NCBI GenBank assembly: GCA_036337435.1
Contig: JAYZEG010000076.1
Location: 1 to 22,030, forward strand
DNA length: 22,030 bases
Direction of reading: 5' to 3'
Source: Myxococcota bacterium
GTDB lineage: Bacteria > Myxococcota_A > Bradymonadia > UBA7976 > UBA1532
The notes under the pieces were generated by a model. The model did no database searches. It had not been told where the DNA came from and saw nothing but the letters and a program-made list of their open reading frames with translations. Below, in pieces: positions 1-8,973 of the stretch (position 1 is its first letter; each line of letters opens with the position of its first letter). The position numbers and the translations under genes were made by a program.

Positions 1-1083
1 ATGGCGGTGCGCGTGCCTCGCGACTGTCGGCCACCGAAAACGAGACCCAAAAAACACCGATTCGAACCATGTCAGTGGCAAGGTGAAGAAGTGGACCACG
101 CGAGTCTCAAGTCAGTTTTAGACCGCCTTGGCTTCGAACCACGTGCTCACTTCCGTGCCCTCATCGTCAAAACGACCCTGGGCCCGCAAAATCAGAACAT
201 CGCATCACAACGAATCTTTGATTACAACCGGCGCTCATCCAGCCTCAACTGGAATCCGGCGTCAACGGTCAAAATCTTTTCAGCTGCTGCAGCCGCTGAG
301 CGGTTAGAAATGCTTGGCTTCTCATCGAAAGCGAAGGTTACGTTTCACTACGATAAGAAACCCATGACGCGGACAGTCCGCCGCCTATTTCACGATGCTC
401 TCCATCGGTCGGACAATGTGGCACATAATCAACTCGTCGAGGTAGCAGGTTTCAGGCTGCTCAACGGGCCGGACGGCACGCTGGGCCGCTTGGGTCTGAA
501 CGACACGCAGGTCATGCGAGCATATGCCATTTCGTCATGGAGAAAGCTTGGACGCCGATCATCACTCAGACAAGCACCCAAACTCAGCATAGTCGGTTCA
601 AATGGCAAGCGTGTGGACTTACCGGCAACTCACGACGACCATACATACCCGTGCCGAAAAGCTGCATGTACGACACCAAGCGATCTAGCAAAAATGATGT
701 GCAAGACGGTGCTTCACGAACAATTACCCCCTCAGTCAAGACTTCGATTATCGTCTGATACGAATAGAGAACACTCGCTTCTCAGTCTTTTTCGCCAATG
801 CCTTTTCAGTCAGTGCGGCGGGCGATACAGACGCCGACCGTCCGCAATTAAATCCCTCAGAAATCGGTATTTTCATGAAGACCAAGACTACTACATCTAC
901 CGAAAGGCAGGGTATTCTTTGGGATGGCGGAGCGAAAATATCGTGATTGAAGATTTAAGACTTCGTCAATTTTGGACCATAACCATCGCCGCTCACGGCG
1001 GTAAAAACGGGCGCGCTGCCCGAAAAATCCTCGATCCTGCAGTGGATTATATCGCCCGCATCATTTCAGAAGGTTGGCTTTAG
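1..1083 (+). CDS. Serine hydrolase of the beta-lactamase/DD-peptidase (penicillin-binding protein) fold, class A-like
   Basis: The three active-site motifs occur in order: SxxK (PASTVK), SxN (RSDNVA) and a KTG-like motif (YRKAGY). No signal peptide is visible and the ORF starts at the window edge, so the true start may lie upstream. Confidence 0.8.
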   Translation: MAVRVPRDCRPPKTRPKKHRFEPCQWQGEEVDHASLKSVLDRLGFEPRAHFRALIVKTTLGPQNQNIASQRIFDYNRRSSSLNWNPASTVKIFSAAAAAERLEMLGFSSKAKVTFHYDKKPMTRTVRRLFHDALHRSDNVAHNQLVEVAGFRLLNGPDGTLGRLGLNDTQVMRAYAISSWRKLGRRSSLRQAPKLSIVGSNGKRVDLPATHDDHTYPCRKAACTTPSDLAKMMCKTVLHEQLPPQSRLRLSSDTNREHSLLSLFRQCLFSQCGGRYRRRPSAIKSLRNRYFHEDQDYYIYRKAGYSLGWRSENIVIEDLRLRQFWTITIAAHGGKNGRAARKILDPAVDYIARIISEGWL

Positions 1084-1140
1084 TTTTTGTTGGTCTGCCG
1101 CGGAAACCAGTCCTCGCATCGTCACTCCGCGTTCATTGGC

Positions 1141-3303
1141 TTACTCGGGTCCCACTGGAACAGAACCACATCGTTTTTGGGGTAGACTGAAGGGCAGCAC
1201 CAGATCGACATGTTGACGGCCGTTCTTTACGGAGACTGTTTCTGTGTACGTGTCGCCTAATAAATCAAAACTTATCTGGTATTGTCCGGCCGACGGCAAA
1301 TAACGGCGATAAAAGCCACCAGGGCAGCGGCTGGTCCACACCTCATCGTTCGGCGGCTGCATCCCAACAATTTGAAGTGGAATACTGACGGGATATCGGT
1401 CTTTGTCTAAAGTCCGGATGGACAACGAGGGGCCATCCAGAAAACGCGTAATCAAGTCGTGCCAACTCGGCCGCATGTATTCGATTATTTCTGCACGTTT
1501 TTGACGAGTGACAGGTGGACCAATGGCACCCTCTACCAGCAAGGCAAGCGTACCGTATTTGTATCTGTGCCAGTCTTGATCGACGCCATCGACCGGATAT
1601 AAATTGCGCTTCACTCGAAAATTGATTTTCTGCGGATGCCGCCCCAGTGTTTTCGCCAACTCCGACGCAACCCCCCAAGCTTCATCCAATTTTGGATTCT
1701 TCAGTTTCTCGATCGTATACGGTGAGAGAATTGCAATCGTCCCTGTGTGGTACGAGATAGACCCGACAAATGGATAGGTGGCTGCGAGCTTCATCATCGC
1801 CTGCGTCTCAGGCTCTGATGCGACTTTAGAGCCACGATAATATGCTGATGAACGTCTCGAACTACTTCCTCGCTCACCAAAGACACCCCAGCGGGCCGGG
1901 TAATTCCGATTCAAATCAACACCACTGAAACGCCCCTTCTTTTTATGAGTCGCACGCCCATTCTTTCGACCCATCGCTTGAGAAACATGAAGATGCCGCT
2001 CAAATCCATCAGGATTGACGAGTGGGACGGCTAATACGATTGTGTTCTTTAAAATGCGTGCGTATTTATCAGATGTATTGGTCAATAGTTCATTGATTAA
2101 ATCGAGAAGAAATAACACGGACATAGGTTCATTCCCGTGATGTCCCGAGTTGATTAAAAAAGCTGGTTTGTCCTCCTGCTCAGACCCACGGTCTCCGATG
2201 GCTAAGCCAAGGATGGGCCGCCCTTCATGACTCTCACCCAGCGTCAAAAGCTGTGCTTTGTCTCGGTATTTCTGAGCCCAGAGATGGAGCATTTGATTAA
2301 TCTGAGATGCATTATAGATGCGCCCCACCGGAAACGTGTCGGGGAGCGCATCATACTCTCGAGCCATTCTCGCTCGATATGAATCGTCAACATACATCCA
2401 AGGTGGCCTCGATATAAACTTCGTAAAGCGCAGACCAGTGCAGTGCATTTGCTCAATTCCAAGCGGGTCCGTACGAATCACGAAGGGTTTTGTGTGTAGG
2501 CCGCAGGCTGCCGATTTACAGGACTCATCCTTTTTGGGTGCCTTGAGTATAGTGACCTGTTTCGGCCACGGATTCGGGACGGGTCGCGTCACCTCGGCGA
2601 ACACAGAATGACCAGGATGGGGACGTTCGATTTCGTTGCAAAGTGGGCGATACGTCAACATCCCAAACCGGGTCGGATTTGGGGCTGTGCGGTCGACCAA
2701 AAATCCGAATTCACCACTTCGTTTTCTTATTTTCACCGCATAGAGTTCGCCGCTACGAGCACCCGTTTTCAAGTTGTATACTTGAACCATAACAGTATCA
2801 CCCATGAGGGTGAGGACAAGCTCTTGGTACGGATGCGCGAACGCGCGCCGCATTTTCATGCCACGGCTCAATGGACGAAACCGCCCGTTCTTGATGCCTT
2901 CAAGCCAAATATAGCGCCCGCTCACTCGGACTGCATACCCCGAGGACACTGTCTTATTGTCCGCCTGCATTCGGGATCTAAACAAAAGTCGGAAGGCAAT
3001 ATTCCGGGTGCGCTTCGAAAATTGCATTCGGACCTGGCCATCGGTCATCCGTCCAATAAGATAATGCCCTTCTTTGGCCGGCCGTAGACCACCCTCAGTC
3101 ATAGCCCACTTTCCACGCTGGATGCGCCGCCACGGCTTTGAAACAGGGTCAAAAAGATTAATTTCTATCTTGTCATTGTATGGAGGAATAATCTTGGGAG
3201 CGTCCTGCACTGCGCTGTCATCTGCCAGGACAGGCGCGGCTAGAACGCAACATGACAAAAGAATGAGGATACATCGCCCGAAGGCAACATCAAGCGTGCA
3301 CAT
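1141..3303 (-). CDS. Secreted M14 zinc carboxypeptidase with an N-terminal beta-rich domain and a C-terminal carboxypeptidase regulatory-like domain
   Basis: M14 motifs: HHGNE (HxxE Zn ligands), VPLVNPDG, GRKN, GVDLNRNY, SEPET, ISYH (third Zn ligand) and ALLVE (probable catalytic Glu). Start placed at ATG 3303, which is followed by a signal-like peptide (CILILLSCCVLAAPVLA) and overlaps the permease 3' end by 14 nt. Confidence 0.88.
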   Translation of the reverse strand: MCTLDVAFGRCILILLSCCVLAAPVLADDSAVQDAPKIIPPYNDKIEINLFDPVSKPWRRIQRGKWAMTEGGLRPAKEGHYLIGRMTDGQVRMQFSKRTRNIAFRLLFRSRMQADNKTVSSGYAVRVSGRYIWLEGIKNGRFRPLSRGMKMRRAFAHPYQELVLTLMGDTVMVQVYNLKTGARSGELYAVKIRKRSGEFGFLVDRTAPNPTRFGMLTYRPLCNEIERPHPGHSVFAEVTRPVPNPWPKQVTILKAPKKDESCKSAACGLHTKPFVIRTDPLGIEQMHCTGLRFTKFISRPPWMYVDDSYRARMAREYDALPDTFPVGRIYNASQINQMLHLWAQKYRDKAQLLTLGESHEGRPILGLAIGDRGSEQEDKPAFLINSGHHGNEPMSVLFLLDLINELLTNTSDKYARILKNTIVLAVPLVNPDGFERHLHVSQAMGRKNGRATHKKKGRFSGVDLNRNYPARWGVFGERGSSSRRSSAYYRGSKVASEPETQAMMKLAATYPFVGSISYHTGTIAILSPYTIEKLKNPKLDEAWGVASELAKTLGRHPQKINFRVKRNLYPVDGVDQDWHRYKYGTLALLVEGAIGPPVTRQKRAEIIEYMRPSWHDLITRFLDGPSLSIRTLDKDRYPVSIPLQIVGMQPPNDEVWTSRCPGGFYRRYLPSAGQYQISFDLLGDTYTETVSVKNGRQHVDLVLPFSLPQKRCGSVPVGPE

Positions 3304-4690
3304 GCCGCAAACGCCGCCAGCCAAAATGCAGAAAATAGGCCAAGGCGAGGATGATGAGGCCCACGATGGGATACCAAGACCCCTGCTTGCCCTCAAACGC
3401 TTCGAAGAGCTTAAAGCCGATCACGCCCACGTTAATTGTGAGGTAGAGTATCGGCATCAACGGATAACAGAACGAGCGGTATGGACGATGGCGGTCTGGA
3501 TCATCGCTCCTCAACTTGATCAGGGCAAACACCGTCAAACTGCCGGTAATCAGCATCGCCAAACCGGTGAGTTGAATTAACTGCTCAAAGCTACCCGTCA
3601 AAATTAAAGCGACCGCCCAAATAGCCTGGGCCCACAGAGCGTTCTTCGGAACACCATCACGTTCACCATCTGCCAACTTGGACCAGAAAACACCGTCCTT
3701 GGCCATGGCATAGGCGATACGAGCACCTCCACTAATGGTCGCATTCAGAGAGGCCAGGAGCGCACAGGCGACCAGCACAGCAACAAGGGATGCGCCGTAA
3801 GGATGAGCGAGCTCTTGCGCGACTCGGGTACCGGCTTCCCCAGCACCACTCAAGCCTGACAGACCCAGCACATGAATGAACGAACAACAGATTAGGCCGT
3901 AGAGAACGGTGACGAAAAGCGTACCGCCGACCAGCGCACGCGGAACAGTTCGACCAGGGTTTTTTACTTCTCCAGCGATATAAATGACCGCATTCCAACC
4001 GGAGTAAGCAAAGTATACGCCCAAGTAGGCTGCCGTGAGGTCACTCCAGGGCACATTGGGCTTGACTTGGTCGACCACCATGGTGGGTTCAGTTGCCGCC
4101 AGTATATAAATTGCGAGTCCACTTAGGACAACCACTGGAATCGTTGTCAGAAATACCTGAAATGCGGACCAGTTACGGGCTCTCGTCGTATTGACCAAGG
4201 TGATAAAGAGCACCAGGATAATCGCCCCGACCTGAGAACCAGAGATCGAGATGAAGCCGAGATCAACCACCGTCTTGGTCAGGTCAGTTCCAACCAAAGC
4301 ACTTATCTGAAAGTTCCATAAAGGAACGGCCACAGCTGCGATCGAACCACCAAAAACACCGATAAAGAGAACGCAGCCTGTTGCGAAAGCAACCGAGGAT
4401 CCAAAGGCTTGTCGTTGAAATGCGAAGTCCCCGCCGGCTCTCGGATAGGCCGATCCGAGCTCAGCAAAACAATCAGCACCTGCAAGAGCAACGATGCCTC
4501 CAAAGAGCCAAACCCCGAAGAATACACCTAAATTTTGGGTCAAACCGGCAATTTCAGGCGGAATAATGAAAATGCCAATGCCGAGCATTGAGCCGACAAC
4601 GAAGGAGACCGCACCAAACATGCCGACGCTGCGTTTTTCACCAAACACAGCTTTAGAGCTGCGCTGTTCTTTTACTCGTGCCACTGGCAT
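3290..4690 (-). CDS. APC-family amino acid permease
   Basis: Many hydrophobic segments. Typical APC motifs: GSMLGIGIF (TM1), AELGSAYPRAGG, FAYSGWN, AGEVKNP, ARIAYAMAKDG and RPYRS. Confidence 0.93.
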   Translation of the reverse strand: MPVARVKEQRSSKAVFGEKRSVGMFGAVSFVVGSMLGIGIFIIPPEIAGLTQNLGVFFGVWLFGGIVALAGADCFAELGSAYPRAGGDFAFQRQAFGSSVAFATGCVLFIGVFGGSIAAVAVPLWNFQISALVGTDLTKTVVDLGFISISGSQVGAIILVLFITLVNTTRARNWSAFQVFLTTIPVVVLSGLAIYILAATEPTMVVDQVKPNVPWSDLTAAYLGVYFAYSGWNAVIYIAGEVKNPGRTVPRALVGGTLFVTVLYGLICCSFIHVLGLSGLSGAGEAGTRVAQELAHPYGASLVAVLVACALLASLNATISGGARIAYAMAKDGVFWSKLADGERDGVPKNALWAQAIWAVALILTGSFEQLIQLTGLAMLITGSLTVFALIKLRSDDPDRHRPYRSFCYPLMPILYLTINVGVIGFKLFEAFEGKQGSWYPIVGLIILALAYFLHFGWRRLRHVHA

Positions 4691-4799
4691 ACTTTCCTTA
4701 CGACCACTTAGTCAGTCTTTGTCACCTACACCATCTTTTGGTGTCTGTCATCTTCGTGCCATCGTTTCGCAAAGACACGAACCGGTTCACGTGTATTCA

Positions 4800-5723
4800 C
4801 TACCGCCTGTGTTTGGTGCTCTTCCGGGCGCGACGCGCTCTCCGCTGGCGAGCCCAGGCCTTCTTCTTTCCACCTCGACATTTGGAGGGGTAGACCTTTC
4901 CAAGACCGATGTACTGACTCACATCAACGCGTACACTTCGCTTATTTTCGATATCGATATGCACATGGGGTGCTGAATGCATAATGGCAGTTGATCCCAA
5001 GACACCGATCTCTTCCCCCGCCTCAACGATATCGCCGCGCTGCAGGTCAGGCCTGACAGCTGCCAAGTGCATATATCGTACCTTATACCCGTCAAGTTTG
5101 GGATGGATCGCTTTGGTTACGATGAAGACACCCGTCTTTGCAGTCCCCAAGTTTCGTGTGAACGGATAGACTGTTCCATAGCCGTCGACCTCGAGCTGGG
5201 TTGGAACAAGATACCCACCACGGAGTTGAGGCTTACCTACGCCGACAACTCGGTGTCCAAACTTTCTCGGGTCCGATTCGGGCGTCCCGATGAAATATAT
5301 CTTTGCTTTGACAATGGCGTAGACTTTCTCGCCCACGCCCCCCATGTCGTTAACACCACCAATATCGACGCCTTGATGCCAGCATTTTTCCGAATCGAAA
5401 CCACGCATTGGCCGCATATTGTCGAGGGGGTAAGCAAAGCCAGGTGCAGGCTCTTCCCACGCCCTCTTCTGGGGATTTCCTTTTGTGGAGCCATTAAAAC
5501 TCAAAGTGTTCGGCTGGGGGGAGAGGCTCCGCTTACTTCCCCTCGGAGGCCGCCCAAATCGGCCGAAGGACGAACTGCCCTTGCCCATGGTTTTGATGGT
5601 ACGAATATCGCTTTCTATTCGTTCTCTAAGTTCAGTCATCTTGAGATCCTTTGGATCTGCATTTGACAAGCCTGCAGTTGCGCACAGGAGGGCAATGACA
5701 GAGATTGTAACTGGTGTTCTCAT
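4800..5723 (-). CDS. Secreted M23-family metallopeptidase
   Basis: Signal peptide (MRTPVTISVIALLCATAGLSNA). M23 motifs HQGVD (HxxxD), RYMHL, GDIVEAGEEIG and PHVH (HxH). Very basic C-terminal tail. Confidence 0.88.
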   Translation of the reverse strand: MRTPVTISVIALLCATAGLSNADPKDLKMTELRERIESDIRTIKTMGKGSSSFGRFGRPPRGSKRSLSPQPNTLSFNGSTKGNPQKRAWEEPAPGFAYPLDNMRPMRGFDSEKCWHQGVDIGGVNDMGGVGEKVYAIVKAKIYFIGTPESDPRKFGHRVVGVGKPQLRGGYLVPTQLEVDGYGTVYPFTRNLGTAKTGVFIVTKAIHPKLDGYKVRYMHLAAVRPDLQRGDIVEAGEEIGVLGSTAIMHSAPHVHIDIENKRSVRVDVSQYIGLGKVYPSKCRGGKKKAWARQRRARRARKSTKHRR

Positions 5724-5927
5724 GGCTTACTGATCAATCTAGAGTCTCGAAAATTCCGCGCGGATACTGCCAAAGTTGAATGCTGCAGTCAAGCTTTTCG
5801 AGATACCCCGTGTCTACAAACCCAAGTGGCACAGTCAATTTCTCGAAAAAGAACCAAACAATCATGCACGGCAAAACGAGCGATTAGGCCACCGGTTAAG
5901 ACACTCATTGTGCACTGGACTGATGCA

Positions 5928-6860
5928 TCACAACTTAGATTTGAGCACAAGAGCTTTGGCTTCCTCGAGAGACGCAGAGCACCGGAAGCCAAAATGATGG
6001 TACGGTTTGTTCCGTGGAAAATGTGGGCGCCGGGTCCATGATGTCGCACAGTTTTCAGGCCAATACCACGACCCGCCACGTACGACCTTCTTGGTATAAC
6101 CTGCACATTTCTTCGACGGTTCTTGATCGCCACAGGGGCCTTTTGGATCATGCCCACCACAAGATTCACCGCAGGTGGCCCAATCTTTCGAATACCAGTC
6201 GGCTGTCCATTCTTCAGCATTTCCAATCATATCGTAGAGTCCGTAACGACCTGCCGGCCGGCTTTTTACAACGAGCGTTCGACCCTTGTGAGGACTCGGT
6301 GCCTTCTTCCTAACGCCACAACTTCTCCCCTTTTTGTCCTTGATCACAGCACGTTTACAGTCGGCCGGTTGATTTCCCCAGGGATACAATTCACCGGTGT
6401 CACCTCGGGCGGCTTTCTCCCACTCTGCCTCAGTGGGAAGATGTTTACCCATAGCCTTGCAATAATTATGAGCTTCATACCAGGTCAACCCAACCATCGG
6501 CTGTTGGGGACGGCTGTAGTCGTTGTAAGCGGGTCGGCGTCGGCGACATGCGCCCGTTTTCACACAGGCTTGGTAAGCCGCATAGGTGACTTCGGTTTGA
6601 TCCATGTAAAAGGTTTTCAAGGTGATCGTCGATACGGGACGATGGTTCGGTTTCTTGGCTGGAATTCGGCGCACTTCCCCCTGCATACAGGTTCTATCTG
6701 CTTCAGAGCCACGAATGAAGGTTCCTCCAGGAATACAAGACATGCCGGCAACACTGACCGGTAGGCAGCTACTTGTGCCCGTGTCCAACTCGTTCGCATG
6801 GCTCATCGGACAGACCCCGACGATCATTAACAAGATACGATAGTGTACAGATCTCCGCAT
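5928..6860 (-). CDS. Formylglycine-generating-enzyme (FGE-sulfatase/SUMF1) fold protein, probably secreted
   Basis: Motifs IPGGTFIRGS, FYMDQTEVT, LPTEAEWEKAARG, YPWG, GLYDMIGNAEEW, RGGSW and FGFRC. Start placed at ATG 6860 (AAAGGA upstream, signal-like N-terminus). Confidence 0.9.
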   Translation of the reverse strand: MRRSVHYRILLMIVGVCPMSHANELDTGTSSCLPVSVAGMSCIPGGTFIRGSEADRTCMQGEVRRIPAKKPNHRPVSTITLKTFYMDQTEVTYAAYQACVKTGACRRRRPAYNDYSRPQQPMVGLTWYEAHNYCKAMGKHLPTEAEWEKAARGDTGELYPWGNQPADCKRAVIKDKKGRSCGVRKKAPSPHKGRTLVVKSRPAGRYGLYDMIGNAEEWTADWYSKDWATCGESCGGHDPKGPCGDQEPSKKCAGYTKKVVRGGSWYWPENCATSWTRRPHFPRNKPYHHFGFRCSASLEEAKALVLKSKL

Positions 6861-6983
6861 AATAAGCTCACGTCCTTTGGCCAAACACAACGTGCCAATA
6901 ACAGAATTATTTACCAATAGATATTTTTGGCCGCGAAGGGCGCTGTGCGTTGCCGCACCAGGAGAGGTGGAAAACGGTCCTTA

Positions 6984-8819
6984 TCACCGGAGCTGGTCTG
7001 GCAGTCTAAAGCCAAACTGCCTTTCAAACGGCTTCATAGACCCAACATGAGAACGCGTCCCTCGAAGACCTGTTCGACCTTCTCGCTTGCGTCGTCTCAT
7101 GACCTTCTCGACACGTTTGTCCAAGGCATACCCCCATTCGCTCCGCACCATGTCCTGAAGGGGAAAGTCGTTCACGATAGTCTGACAACTCGGCGTCTCT
7201 CTGGTCTCATAGAGCCCTCGAATGAAAGACCGCATTTCGGACAAGGAGGATCCGTATTCATGGAGCAGGACGATATACGATTTACATCTTTGTCGTAGAC
7301 GCTTGCCAAGTGATTGCCGCATCCCATGCGACCGAGTCCAGGCTGCCAAACTGTGCTGATGCCAAAGCACTGGGGGCGCTAACCCTGCACGGGCAAAAGT
7401 AAGCTGAATATCGGCGAATCCCGTGCCATCGCCGCCCGGCAAGCGGCCGTACTTTATCTCCACTGTCTCTTCAGCCATCCAATTGATAATCCATCGAAAT
7501 GCGTCGATATCATCGATCACTTGATCGGGTTCCCAATTAATTAAATGCGCCTTCACGCCCGTTCCATGAGACATCGAGTGATAGGCGATGAGATGCCCCC
7601 CATCGATAACACGACGAACCACAGCTTTCGCAGCCGCCAGGTTCCGAGCAGCCGACATCGCGACGCTGCCACCGCACCAGAAAAAACTGGCTTTAACACC
7701 GTAGTCGTCCAGAGTATCCAAGAATTTGTTCGCTGATCGTGTGTAGAGACCGTCGTCAATCGTAATTTCGACCGATGGTGGAAACCAATCGGGCTGCTTC
7801 AGCTGCGGTCGAAAAACAAATGCGGAATGTGGAAGCGAACCGCTCCGAATAGGATTGTAACGATAGCCCGTCTTAGCGTGGGTCCGACCTGTTTCGAAAT
7901 GAGCGGCATATGGATCCGCCAATCGGTCGCATGCAACCCGAGGTGCTTGCTTACATGCAAGCGGCCTGACTTTTAGGTAATGTCGAGCGCGGCGCTTTCC
8001 GCGCAGTTTGCGTAGGACCTTGAAGTTGCTCGCTCTTAAATATCCCTCGGCTTTCGATACGCAAGACCTCGGTAGGACACCGACAATTTGAGCTAGTCGT
8101 TCAATGGCGATTGGATCGTCCATATCTAACATTTGCCATATCGTCCGACATTTACCCCTCTTTGATTGTCGTAAGGCATGAAGCGCGACCTGGGCCCGAC
8201 GGAGCTGGGCACGCGATGGGCGCTCGATGTGCACAAAAGTCTTAAGCTCAATGATGAGTTCGTTTGCATCGGCAACAGTTAACTTGCGCCATTTTTTGGT
8301 TTTCAACGAGCTCTTTATCGCTGCACGACGCCACGGCTTTTCATGAACAAGCGCAGCGATCCGTCGCATATCCAGACTATGCGTGTGGAACCGCCGCAGC
8401 TGTCGCGAAGCCCAAGCCAGGGCCAGAACGCCCCTGTCCCCGCCTTTGCCTTCCCAGAGTGATTTGATCAGCAGGCTATGGGAATAACGGTCACCCCAGT
8501 TGACAAGTGCCACAGCTGCAGCCTCTACAACAGCGGGATCATCAGAATTCCGAAGAAGCTGGCGAACATCTCGTACCAGTGATGACTGGCCGAATCGGAT
8601 TGCATCGGTGATGCACTGAGCCTGTTTTGAGGATTGCCCAGTAAGGCACCCTTTGAAGGGAAGTGCGGTGCCGTCACCACCAGCTGCTGTCATGAAAAAC
8701 GGTTGAGGAGGCGATTTAGCCCCTGCTGATGTGACCAGACACAGAATAGTCGTCATCATGATGATGACCCACATAGAATCATGGCGCACACTTCTCCATT
8801 GTTTGGCTGCGTCGACCAT
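6984..8819 (-). CDS. Polysaccharide deacetylase (NodB/CE4) domain protein with a long helical, HEAT-like N-terminal region
   Basis: CE4 motifs in the C-terminal half: ITIDDG, ASFF, YHSMSH, GRLPGG and VLLHE. Hydrophobic signal/anchor near the N-terminus. The segment VRQLLRNSDDPAVVEAAAVALVNWGD resembles a HEAT repeat. Start is uncertain (GTG 8828 or ATG 8819). Confidence 0.8.
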   Translation of the reverse strand: MVDAAKQWRSVRHDSMWVIIMMTTILCLVTSAGAKSPPQPFFMTAAGGDGTALPFKGCLTGQSSKQAQCITDAIRFGQSSLVRDVRQLLRNSDDPAVVEAAAVALVNWGDRYSHSLLIKSLWEGKGGDRGVLALAWASRQLRRFHTHSLDMRRIAALVHEKPWRRAAIKSSLKTKKWRKLTVADANELIIELKTFVHIERPSRAQLRRAQVALHALRQSKRGKCRTIWQMLDMDDPIAIERLAQIVGVLPRSCVSKAEGYLRASNFKVLRKLRGKRRARHYLKVRPLACKQAPRVACDRLADPYAAHFETGRTHAKTGYRYNPIRSGSLPHSAFVFRPQLKQPDWFPPSVEITIDDGLYTRSANKFLDTLDDYGVKASFFWCGGSVAMSAARNLAAAKAVVRRVIDGGHLIAYHSMSHGTGVKAHLINWEPDQVIDDIDAFRWIINWMAEETVEIKYGRLPGGDGTGFADIQLTFARAGLAPPVLWHQHSLAAWTRSHGMRQSLGKRLRQRCKSYIVLLHEYGSSLSEMRSFIRGLYETRETPSCQTIVNDFPLQDMVRSEWGYALDKRVEKVMRRRKREGRTGLRGTRSHVGSMKPFERQFGFRLPDQLR

Positions 8820-8973
8820 CACGCTCACTACTCCGCTGAAGAAATGGGTCAGCCACCCTGAGGCAGCGACCCTTTAGATCAGTATAAGTCGAGAGCTTGC
8901 ATGCACCAAAAAACTGCCCAAGCATCTGTAAATATTAAGTAAATCGAAGAAAAAACATCAAAAACGATAGATT

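Noticed and set aside
2318..7298. Long plus-strand ORFs (e.g. 3074..3580, 5067..5666, 6123..6764)
   Set aside because: They are antisense to genes with clear family motifs and have no motifs of their own.
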